Positions 25,953-33,810 of a stretch of 35,672 nucleotides of DNA are shown here, in pieces. Each line of letters starts with the position of its first letter. The stretch's first letter is position 1. The notes beneath the pieces are model-generated. The model saw nothing but the letters and a program-made list of their open reading frames with translations. It did not search any database and was not told the DNA's origin. This DNA is from Candidatus Berkelbacteria bacterium (GTDB lineage Bacteria; Patescibacteriota; UBA1384; XYA2-FULL-43-10; CAINNR01). A program made the position numbers and the translations under genes. The stretch is taken from contig JBAXWD010000001.1 of the NCBI GenBank assembly GCA_037128645.1, forward strand, positions 1 to 35,672. Reading direction: 5' to 3'.

Positions 25953-26431
25953 GTATTCCCATTGGCAATTTAACCAGTCAACTCTTCGCTAATGTATATA
26001 TGAATGAGTTTGACCAGTTTGTAAAACATAAATTAAAAGTCAAGCATTATTGCCGGTATACTGATGATTTTGTTGTCGTATCTGATAATCGTGAATATCT
26101 CCAGGACTTATTGCCGAAAATTGAATCGTTTATTAATGAAAATCTGAAACTCAAGTTACATCCGGAAAAAGTTTCAATCCGTAAATATCAGCAAGGTGCT
26201 GACTTTCTCGGCTATGTGATTTTGCCTCATCATCGCTTAGTCAGAACAAAAACCAGGAAAAGGATATTTGAAAAGCTCAAAAACAGGGTTAAGGAATTCA
26301 AAAATGGGCAAATTAGCGAAGAAAAACTTAAACAATCACTGAATTCGTTTCTGGGTGTTTTTTCACATGCCGACTGTCATGATTTAGAGCAGGAGCTGAT
26401 AAACAAATTTTGGTTTTGGCTTTCAGAATAA
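25943..26431 (+). CDS. DGR reverse transcriptase, C-terminal fragment (motifs 4-7) in the -1 frame
   Basis: DGR-diagnostic IGNLTSQ (25961-25981), catalytic YTDD (26057-26068), ADFLGY. This frame is open from 25829, so it overlaps the end of the N-terminal fragment. Confidence 0.85.
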   Translation: MGVGIPIGNLTSQLFANVYMNEFDQFVKHKLKVKHYCRYTDDFVVVSDNREYLQDLLPKIESFINENLKLKLHPEKVSIRKYQQGADFLGYVILPHHRLVRTKTRKRIFEKLKNRVKEFKNGQISEEKLKQSLNSFLGVFSHADCHDLEQELINKFWFWLSE

Positions 26432-26843
26432 AATTCTGATAACTCAGCAATCCTTGACAAATATTTTCAAAATTTAAATTTATTGCAATACTTGATATGA
26501 TGGAGCAGGAATAGTGAGAGTTGGTATTTTTCGAAGTTTACTTCGGAAACATGGTTGCGCATTAAACCCGCCTCGTGCGGTCAAAAACAACGGTGGCTTA
26601 CGGGCATATCAAGAGCCGCTTTGCGGGAGCGATTAAAGGCAGACAAGCGACGAAATCTTGTTTCCTTTAAAAGCTTGCTATTCCAACAAAAAGCTTTCAA
26701 TCATGGAAGCTTTTTGTTATCTGTGTGTGCGTGGATTAATCCGATTAATTCATACCGGTCAATCCTATGACATTCCTAACTGGCAACTAATAATTTACTT
26801 ATCTAGTACTTACTATTTTAAATAGAATTATTTGAACACCCTC

Positions 26844-26873
26844 TTGACACTGTGCATATATACTTAGTATACT
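26844..26873 (+). promoter_or_regulatory. sigma70-like promoter (TTGACA, 18 nt spacer, TATACT) for the recombinase operon
   Basis: -35 at 26844-26849, -10 at 26868-26873. Confidence 0.5.
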
Positions 26874-26904
26874 GTTTATATATACACACTTGGGAGGGTG
26901 TTCA

Positions 26905-27261
26905 ATGTTAGATCAAATGCAACTCACGGATCTGCAAAACATGGCTGTTGAAAGTAAAACAGCTGCCAAATTTGCAATTGACCTCTCAAAGAACGCTACA
27001 ACAAACATACAAAACAGTTTTGCTGTCTCGGATAGAAAATCGCTTGAAAGAACTCTCAGTAATATCTTCCCGTCACAAAAAGATGAGAACAATCTTCAAA
27101 GGGCAAGAAGAATCCTTGGAGATCTTGCGACTTCTTTGTCAGACCCGGAACTTGAAACATATTTAGTCGAATTTGAATATCTCATAGATTCATGGCTCGA
27201 TGAATTTGAGAAAAATATTTTCAATGACAAAACATTAATGCAATTATTAAAGGAGGGATAG
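26905..27261 (+). CDS. hypothetical protein (118 aa) abutting the recombinase gene
   Basis: ATG 26905 is preceded by GGGAGGG (26892-26898); the track start at TTG 26890 is less likely. Its TAG stop is immediately followed by the recombinase ATG. Confidence 0.6.
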   Translation: MLDQMQLTDLQNMAVESKTAAKFAIDLSKNATTNIQNSFAVSDRKSLERTLSNIFPSQKDENNLQRARRILGDLATSLSDPELETYLVEFEYLIDSWLDEFEKNIFNDKTLMQLLKEG

Positions 27262-28845
27262 ATGGACAATTCGTTATCGAAAAAAAGTTTGGCTGATTTA
27301 GGTAAAGCAGTTATCTATTTGCGAGTTTCAACCGAAGAGCAGGTTGATAATTATTCACTAGAAACGCAAGAGAACATTTGCAAAAAAGAAGCTGAGCGAA
27401 TGAAAATTGAAGTTGATCGAGTCTTTCGAGAAGAAGGTCGATCAGCCAAAACAATTACCGGTCGACCGGCATTGGTTGAGTTACTGGAATACTGCAGAAA
27501 AAACAAGCGGGAGATCGGAGTTGTTATCGTCTATCGCTTGGATAGAATCTCAAGACAAACGGCTGATTATCTGGCAATTAGAAAAAAGCTTGCCGAGTGC
27601 GAGATCGCACTCATATCAGCCACGGAGCCAACAGGTAACTCGCCTACAGAAAAGTTTGTAGAGACCATGCTGGCAGGTTTCGCACAGATGGACAATGATG
27701 TACGTTCTGAGCGGTCTAAGAACGGCATGAGAGCCAGATTCTTGGCTGGCCTAAGCAATGGCTATGTCCCGATGGGATATCTTAACCGAAACGGCTATGC
27801 GATCAAAGATCCGGAAACATTCGATCAAATGAAAAAAGCTTGGGATTTAATGGCAACCGGCACAAAATCTCTTCGAGGGATAACTGACCTTCTTATTAAG
27901 CAAGGAATGAAAGGAGGTCGTAGAAACAACAAGAAAGATCACATTCTACGTCCACAAACGATGAATGCCATCTTTCGCAATAAATTCTACACCGGCAAAA
28001 TCATTTCGAAGAAATACGAGCTCGAAGTTCAAGGGCAGCATCCTGCCATGGTCACCGAAGAACAGTTTTATAAGGTGCAATCAATCCTTGACGGTCGAAA
28101 TACTCAGATTGCTTCACCATTGACCAGAAGAAATGTCGATAACCCTGATTTTCCACTCAGGCGTATTGTAAAATGCACAAAATGCGGCGCTTCGATGACT
28201 GGTGGTTGGTGCAAAGGAAAACGAAAACACTATGCTTTCTATTTCTGTCTTAACAAGTGTAAGGGTTTAAATACTTCTAAGGCAAAAATCGACGAAGAAA
28301 CAACAAAGACACTTGATGGGATTAAACTTCATGACAAATCTGTTGATCTGTTCAACGCCTGGCTGCGCAGAAAATACTACGAACGACTTTCTTCATTACA
28401 GAAAAGACGGGATGTCGCTGATATCGAGTTAAAAAAGCTTTACGAGTTCCGACAGTCGCTAATAGAAAAGAATATCTCCGGAGTTTATTCGGACGATATA
28501 TTCAAAGAGCAGAACCAGATTGTCCAAGATAAGATAAAAATCCTTCAGATAACAAAAAATGATGACATGATCCAAAAGTATAATTTGGAAGCCATCACTT
28601 TATTTGTGAAATCAAAGCTGGACAATGTTACACGAACCTTCGAAAAATCCAATCTGCAACAGAAGAGAATGCTCTTGTGTTCAATATTCCCCTCTGGACT
28701 GCACTGGAACGGAAGTACCTACTTGAACACCCAGATTAGTGTGTTCTACACCGAGTTATTACGTTTAAATAAGGGGGGTGTCGTGTTTGGTGGACCCAAG
28801 CGGATTCGAACCGCTGACCTCTTCGCTGCCAGCGAAGCGTTCTAG
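27262..28845 (+). CDS. large serine recombinase (integrase-type), 527 aa
   Basis: Resolvase catalytic domain AVIYLRVSTEEQ...YRLDRISRQ, recombinase domain, Cys cluster CTKCGASMTGGWC...FCLNKC, and a C-terminal region compatible with a coiled coil. AGGAGGGA SD. The last 58 nt are antisense to tRNA-Ala. Confidence 0.88.
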   Translation: MDNSLSKKSLADLGKAVIYLRVSTEEQVDNYSLETQENICKKEAERMKIEVDRVFREEGRSAKTITGRPALVELLEYCRKNKREIGVVIVYRLDRISRQTADYLAIRKKLAECEIALISATEPTGNSPTEKFVETMLAGFAQMDNDVRSERSKNGMRARFLAGLSNGYVPMGYLNRNGYAIKDPETFDQMKKAWDLMATGTKSLRGITDLLIKQGMKGGRRNNKKDHILRPQTMNAIFRNKFYTGKIISKKYELEVQGQHPAMVTEEQFYKVQSILDGRNTQIASPLTRRNVDNPDFPLRRIVKCTKCGASMTGGWCKGKRKHYAFYFCLNKCKGLNTSKAKIDEETTKTLDGIKLHDKSVDLFNAWLRRKYYERLSSLQKRRDVADIELKKLYEFRQSLIEKNISGVYSDDIFKEQNQIVQDKIKILQITKNDDMIQKYNLEAITLFVKSKLDNVTRTFEKSNLQQKRMLLCSIFPSGLHWNGSTYLNTQISVFYTELLRLNKGGVVFGGPKRIRTADLFAASEAF

Positions 28846-28864
28846 CCAACTAAACTATGGGCCC
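28788..28864 (-). tRNA. tRNA-Ala (anticodon GGC), CCA encoded
   Basis: The reverse complement is GGGCCCATAGTTTAGTTGGCTAGAACGCTTCGCTGGCAGCGAAGAGGTCAGCGGTTCGAATCCGCTTGGGTCCACCA. It folds by hand into a 7/4/5/5 cloverleaf with anticodon loop CT-GGC-AG, T-loop TTCGAAT and the G3:U70 alanine identity pair. Confidence 0.9.
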
Positions 28865-28919
28865 AAAAATCAATCGTTGATAAAATATTAGCACAAATTG
28901 AGCTCAAGTTCAACTGCAA

Positions 28920-28997
28920 CTACTTTGATTGGTTAAAGGCCCACCAAAGCAGAATCGCAATAATTATCGCAGTAATCAGCCACCAGTACCAAACCAC
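28920..28997 (-). CDS. possible 25-aa hydrophobic micro-protein
   Basis: GGTGGAGG SD 5 nt upstream of GTG. Translation VVWYWWLITAIIIAILLWWAFNQSK forms a single TM-like helix. Confidence 0.3.
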   Translation of the reverse strand: MVWYWWLITAIIIAILLWWAFNQSK

Positions 28998-29019
28998 GTT
29001 AGCCTCCACCTAAATTAGC

Positions 29020-29541
29020 TTATATCAACCCTAAACTTTTTATCTGGCTAAGTGCATTAAGAGTTATTCGTTTCTTGCCCTGTTGGTACATTTCATTGCA
29101 CAGAACCAATGCTTCTGCGTGTGTGACCCATTTATAGTCATCAAACTCAGTTTCTGTAATATCAATTTCCGAGGTGTCGGAGGTTGCAGCAATAAAGAAG
29201 TATTGCTTGCCTTTCATAAAAATAATTTCTCCTTCATCATTTTTTAGCTCGCGTGAATTCTGAGTTTGCTTTGGAAAATCAATTTCATCGCTACCAACCA
29301 GGCTTATATCGCTTGCTACCGAGGCTGAAAACTTTCCGCCAAGCTCTTCTGTCATTTCCCGTGTAAATGAATCATCAATGTCCTCACCATTGTCAATTCC
29401 ACCCTGAGGTAATTGCCAAAGATCGTAAATTTTTTTATATAAAAATAGAATCTTTCTATCATTTATAAAACAACCAACAACTTGAGGCCGAAAACCGCTA
29501 TTTCGCACGTCGTCAATTTCAGCAATTGTGAGTTTTTCCAT
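29020..29541 (-). CDS. Nudix hydrolase, 173 aa
   Basis: Nudix box GGIDNGEDIDDSFTREMTEELGG fits GX5EX7REUXEEXGU. Confidence 0.85.
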   Translation of the reverse strand: MEKLTIAEIDDVRNSGFRPQVVGCFINDRKILFLYKKIYDLWQLPQGGIDNGEDIDDSFTREMTEELGGKFSASVASDISLVGSDEIDFPKQTQNSRELKNDEGEIIFMKGKQYFFIAATSDTSEIDITETEFDDYKWVTHAEALVLCNEMYQQGKKRITLNALSQIKSLGLI

Positions 29542-29548
29542 TTACAGA

Positions 29549-30373
29549 TTATTTTTTAATAACTCTAATAGCCGAATCGGGGCAAAAACGGAAACAATTT
29601 CCACAGGCTATACATTTTTCGATATCAATATCAGGAATAGGTGTGCCATAAACACCTAGTGTTTTGCCAAAAGACAGTGCCTTAACCGGACATTTAAGTA
29701 CGCAAATTCCGCAACCCTTGCAATACTTTGGCACAATAACAGCCGTTCGTTGCGAATTCTTTCTAATAACTATTTCATCGCAAGTATCATACTCTGGCTT
29801 AGTAAATTTCTTAGTTTCAAGTTGAAAATCATATGCAAAATCAAAAGCTAGCTTTGATTTGTCTGCTAAATCCTTATTTTTAGCAAACTTTTTTCCTAAC
29901 TGAGTAGAAATTATCTCCCACATCGCGTTTTTGGGGTAATCAAGAAAATTATTCGCCAAGACTCCGAGAGCTAAAATATTTTGATTTTTATTGCCAAATT
30001 GCTCCTCAGCAAGTTTAGTAGCGGGTATTGCAAAAACTCTGGAGTTATTAAGAGAAAATTTTTGCCTAGAAATTGTAGATGAATCGAAAAGTAGTTGAGT
30101 CCTCGATCCAATATAGCCTTCAATGGTTTTAATGGCCCGTCGGCGTAAAACCATTACAATGTCGGCGGTATCGAATTTGGGATAGGTAATTTCTGACTTG
30201 GAAAATTGGATAAAAGATACCGAAGGGGTTCCACGTTGCTCAGGACCGAATTGGGGAATGTAACTGACGAAAAAGCCAGCAGACACAAGAGCGGTCGACA
30301 AAACCTTGGCAATTGTTTGAATGCCCTGGCCACCTTCACCAGCAAGAACAATTTTTGTTATTTCATTTTTCAT
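29549..30373 (-). CDS. 2-oxoacid:ferredoxin oxidoreductase gamma subunit fused to a 2x[4Fe-4S] delta/ferredoxin domain
   Basis: IVLAGEGGQGIQT gamma-subunit N-terminus. CKGCGICVLKCP and CIACGNCFRFCP clusters. ATG 30373 (MKNEITK...) is preferred because the track start at 30430 would overlap the beta gene by 53 nt. Confidence 0.8.
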   Translation of the reverse strand: MKNEITKIVLAGEGGQGIQTIAKVLSTALVSAGFFVSYIPQFGPEQRGTPSVSFIQFSKSEITYPKFDTADIVMVLRRRAIKTIEGYIGSRTQLLFDSSTISRQKFSLNNSRVFAIPATKLAEEQFGNKNQNILALGVLANNFLDYPKNAMWEIISTQLGKKFAKNKDLADKSKLAFDFAYDFQLETKKFTKPEYDTCDEIVIRKNSQRTAVIVPKYCKGCGICVLKCPVKALSFGKTLGVYGTPIPDIDIEKCIACGNCFRFCPDSAIRVIKK

Positions 30374-30377
30374 AATG

Positions 30378-31151
30378 TTATTTGGAGATAGGTTCGGAAT
30401 CTTTAACTGATCTATTTTTGATAATTTCACCGACAGGATAAACTTTTTCCAGCTTGGCTAGGAATTCAAAACTTTCAGAAGCATTCATCTTCCAATTTGT
30501 CGGGCAAATTGAAAGAATCTCTACCATTGAAAAACTCTTATTTTCAATTTGATTATTTATTGCCCTAGCGATAGCAGTCTCCATCATAGTTGGGTTGGAA
30601 ACTGTGGCGCGTGCGATAAAAGCTTCTGGAGCGGCAATTTGGCGTACAAGTTCTGGACCATGAAATGCTGGGCCAAAAATACTAGCATTTTTGCCGAATG
30701 GGGAAGTGGCGGTAATTTCGCCAGGCAAGGAGGTTGGGGCCATTTGCCCGCCGGTCATTGAATACTCGGTGTTGTTAATAACAATCGCCAATATCGGATC
30801 ATTGCGAAACGCGGCGTGCAGAAGAGACTGAAGGCCAATAGCGTATGCGCCACCATCGCCCATTAGCGCAATTACAATTCTCTTGCCGTTTGCCATTTTA
30901 TAACCAACAGAAACCGGGACCGAGCGACCATGATGTGTTTGAATGGTATCAAAACTAAAGTAATTCCAGGACAAGAGCGTGCAGCCGATATCAATTGCCA
31001 ATGTGGTTTTTGACCCAATTTTTTCCGAGTCTATAACGTTGCCAAGATGTTTTAGAATCATGCTTTCGCCACAGCCAGGACAAAACAAACTCGGCTTCGA
31101 CTTAACATTGAAGCATGCCGGCATACCAAATTGCTCGTCTAGTTTTTTCAT
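30378..31151 (-). CDS. 2-oxoacid:ferredoxin oxidoreductase beta (TPP-binding) subunit
   Basis: CPGCGE, GDGGAYAIGLQSLLHA TPP motif. ATGA overlap with the alpha subunit stop. Confidence 0.85.
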   Translation of the reverse strand: MKKLDEQFGMPACFNVKSKPSLFCPGCGESMILKHLGNVIDSEKIGSKTTLAIDIGCTLLSWNYFSFDTIQTHHGRSVPVSVGYKMANGKRIVIALMGDGGAYAIGLQSLLHAAFRNDPILAIVINNTEYSMTGGQMAPTSLPGEITATSPFGKNASIFGPAFHGPELVRQIAAPEAFIARATVSNPTMMETAIARAINNQIENKSFSMVEILSICPTNWKMNASESFEFLAKLEKVYPVGEIIKNRSVKDSEPISK

Positions 31152-32191
31152 TGTTTATTATTTTTGACAATTTTATAAATTTCTTCCGGGGTGAAACCAA
31201 CGGCCGGTTTGAATACTTTAATCATTTTGCTGGCCAATTCCGGAACAACATATACTAAGAGTCGGGCAAACTGTTCAAAAGCAGACTCAATAACATAAAC
31301 TCTCTGCGCATTTTTAATTTGTGAGCGAATAGCCTTGGTATCTAGTGGTCGCAGCGTTATTGGCCGAATGAGCCCAGCCTTTACGCCATCAGCACGAAGA
31401 TCGTCAATTGCGGACCGGGCCGCCGACGCGACGCTTCCATGAGCCAAAATGACGTCGGTTGCACCGGAGACTTTATAGCTTTCGGATTCGGCGACCTTAT
31501 CAATTAAAAATTTATAATCAGAAATATTTCGCTGCAGAACCTTTGCAAACTCCGGCTCCGACCCAAAGCAGTTACGAATATGAGTTGGATTTAGCGAATC
31601 CTCTTTCAAAATTTTCCTAGCAGGAAATGGCCTAAGAGGCTTATTCAACTGTGTAGTGATTTTTTGTTTTCCGAGATAGCCATCGGTCAACATGAAAGTC
31701 GGGAAATTATACTTCCAGGCAGTAGAGAATATCTTGGCCGAAAGCTCATAACACTCAGCAACATTCGACGCGGAATATACTATTCTAAGCCCGTCGCCGT
31801 TTCCTCCGAGAGCAGTTAAATTAACCTCTTGCTGTGAATAAATTACAGTCCCGGTTGATGGGCCACCGCGCTGGGCTATAATTCCAACAAACGGCAACCT
31901 TTCATTCTCAGCCATCGAAATTGGATCCTGCATCAAAACATTTCCAACCCCAGCAGTGGCGGTAAAAGCTTTTTTTCCGGCTAAAATTGCGCCGATAGTA
32001 GCAAATCCAGATGCAATTTCATCTTCGGCCTGAAGATATTGAAGATTTTTATCTTCTGATGCCTTATTTATCCAGCCTTCAAGAATTTCAGTCGCTGGTG
32101 TAATTGGATATCCAAAAAACATCTCGGCGCCACCTTCAATTGCACCAAGAACCGCAGCTTCATTTCCAGTTATAAATTTCTTCTCGCTCAA
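31148..32191 (-). CDS. 2-oxoacid:ferredoxin oxidoreductase alpha subunit (TTG start)
   Basis: FITGNEAAVLGAIEGGAEMFFGYPITPATEI, the typical POR/KOR/VOR alpha N-terminus. AGGAG lies 5 nt upstream of the TTG. Confidence 0.85.
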   Translation of the reverse strand: MSEKKFITGNEAAVLGAIEGGAEMFFGYPITPATEILEGWINKASEDKNLQYLQAEDEIASGFATIGAILAGKKAFTATAGVGNVLMQDPISMAENERLPFVGIIAQRGGPSTGTVIYSQQEVNLTALGGNGDGLRIVYSASNVAECYELSAKIFSTAWKYNFPTFMLTDGYLGKQKITTQLNKPLRPFPARKILKEDSLNPTHIRNCFGSEPEFAKVLQRNISDYKFLIDKVAESESYKVSGATDVILAHGSVASAARSAIDDLRADGVKAGLIRPITLRPLDTKAIRSQIKNAQRVYVIESAFEQFARLLVYVVPELASKMIKVFKPAVGFTPEEIYKIVKNNKQ

Positions 32192-32223
32192 ATATCTCCT
32201 ACAATTTACAGAACATGTACGTA

Positions 32224-33222
32224 TTATACCTTTGTAATTAGCTTCTTGGCAATTGCCAATTCCTCATTTGGCTTAATAGCTTTTGTTTCGAAACCAAGAT
32301 AGTCCAGTCCAGCAGTAATTTTTTTTCTGATTAAAGATGAGCCAAAGCCAATCTCACCTGAAAAGACCACCGTGTCTACTCCACCAAGTGCAGCAGCATA
32401 GGCTCCAATATACTTTTTTGTTCGATAACAAAGAATGTCGATGGCAAGTTTTGGCATTTCGTCATCACTATCCAAAAGTTCTAACATGTCGCCTGATTTC
32501 CCAGAAATTCCAGCCAAACCAGAATGATTTTCTATTAAATCTCTGGCCTTTTTTTCACCAATCTTCTCAGTTAAAAACAAAACTATTTCTGGGTCAATAT
32601 CACCGCTCCGCTTTTGCATTGGCAATCCTTCAATTGGAGTAAACCCCATGGAAGTATCAATTGGTGCCCCACAATTGATGGCGGAGATACTAGAGCCTGC
32701 ACCCAAGTGAATTGTAATCAACTTTTTTTCATGCTCCGGATCAACTTCATCCAGCATTGCGCCATGTGATATCCCATGAAAACCAAAACGCCTAATGCCG
32801 TACTCCTCAGCTACTGCCTGATCAATCGGATAAGTTTTGGCTACTAATGGGAGATCTTTAAAGAATGCAGTATCGAATGCCACAAAATGCTGAGTAAGTG
32901 GAAGTTTTTCAATTAATGATTTAATCACCACTATTGCCGGCGGATTATGATGCGGCGCAAGCGGGGCAAATTCCTCAATAATTTTCATCGTCGGCAGGGT
33001 CACGGGTAAAATTTCATCAACTTCATCACCGCCATGAACAATACGATAACCGATTTTATTGATTTCATTCTTGTGGCTACCAATTTCTGCGACTACTTTA
33101 TCTATAACGCTAGATATTTGATTACCTGAAAAATCAAACTTTCCAGATTTAATTTCTTCCAAAGAATCATCAAAAAGCTTATATTTTACTGACGACGAAC
33201 CGGTGTTAACTATTAATATCAT
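32224..33222 (-). CDS. ackA: acetate kinase (compact 332-aa form)
   Basis: VNTGSSSVKYKLF, YRIVHGG, LAPHHNP, FDTAFF, RFGFHGISH, HLGAGSS, DTSMGFTPIEGL, RSGDIDP. Confidence 0.88.
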   Translation of the reverse strand: MILIVNTGSSSVKYKLFDDSLEEIKSGKFDFSGNQISSVIDKVVAEIGSHKNEINKIGYRIVHGGDEVDEILPVTLPTMKIIEEFAPLAPHHNPPAIVVIKSLIEKLPLTQHFVAFDTAFFKDLPLVAKTYPIDQAVAEEYGIRRFGFHGISHGAMLDEVDPEHEKKLITIHLGAGSSISAINCGAPIDTSMGFTPIEGLPMQKRSGDIDPEIVLFLTEKIGEKKARDLIENHSGLAGISGKSGDMLELLDSDDEMPKLAIDILCYRTKKYIGAYAAALGGVDTVVFSGEIGFGSSLIRKKITAGLDYLGFETKAIKPNEELAIAKKLITKV

Positions 33223-33794
33223 TTTTCATCCACAATTATTTCTCCGAAAGTTTTATCGGTTATTCCTGCGGCGTTACCTTCATCAGTGTCAAGATGAACG
33301 CGAAGTTGAAAATTTTTATCAATTTTAACATTTACATCTTCAAAAATAATTCTGCCCCTCGGCGTCTCGACTGCGATCCTTATCTGTTGTCCATCTTCTA
33401 TTCCCGCCTCCTCAGCTTCTGCATGGTTGGCGTGCAAATGTCGTTTAGCAATCATTACAGCGCAGCGCCGAACCTCGCCCCGACTAGTTTTTAAGATAAT
33501 ATCAGCGCAACCATTGGCAATTTGAGTTTCATACGGAGCGGTTACTCCGATTTGATAACAATCAGTGAGCGAAATTTCTGTTTGAGTTTCATCACGGAAA
33601 GGGGAGAGAAATCGGACCGGAAGCTCACCTTTGGGGCCAACGATTGTGACGACTTTGTCAGTGGCAAATTCATTGTGCTGACTTAACTCCTTAATTTTAA
33701 TAAATGGTGTATCAGTGCCGAACAAAAAATCATAATCATTTTTTGTTAAGTGAATATGCCGGGCCGAAACCTCGATCTCAACTTTTGTTTTCAT
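33219..33794 (-). CDS. pduL: phosphate propanoyl/acetyl-transferase PduL
   Basis: VSARHIHLTKNDYDFLFG and a second HLH..HAEAEEAGI half. ATGA coupling to ackA. Confidence 0.8.
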   Translation of the reverse strand: MKTKVEIEVSARHIHLTKNDYDFLFGTDTPFIKIKELSQHNEFATDKVVTIVGPKGELPVRFLSPFRDETQTEISLTDCYQIGVTAPYETQIANGCADIILKTSRGEVRRCAVMIAKRHLHANHAEAEEAGIEDGQQIRIAVETPRGRIIFEDVNVKIDKNFQLRVHLDTDEGNAAGITDKTFGEIIVDEK

Positions 33795-33810
33795 TTAATT
33801 TCTCTCTAAA

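Larger units (their letters stand above)
23182..26431 (+). mobile_element. diversity-generating retroelement cassette (promoters, target gene with VR, TR, inverted avd, RT)
   Basis: Combination of the component features listed above. Confidence 0.85.
2071..28787. mobile_element. putative integrated mobilisable genomic island (~26.7 kb) between leuS and tRNA-Ala; left boundary not defined
   Basis: Serine recombinase abutting and overlapping a tRNA gene. Coupling ATPase plus relaxation-family gene. Defence-type genes, a DGR and a compositionally foreign patch. Housekeeping genes lie on both flanks. Confidence 0.4.
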
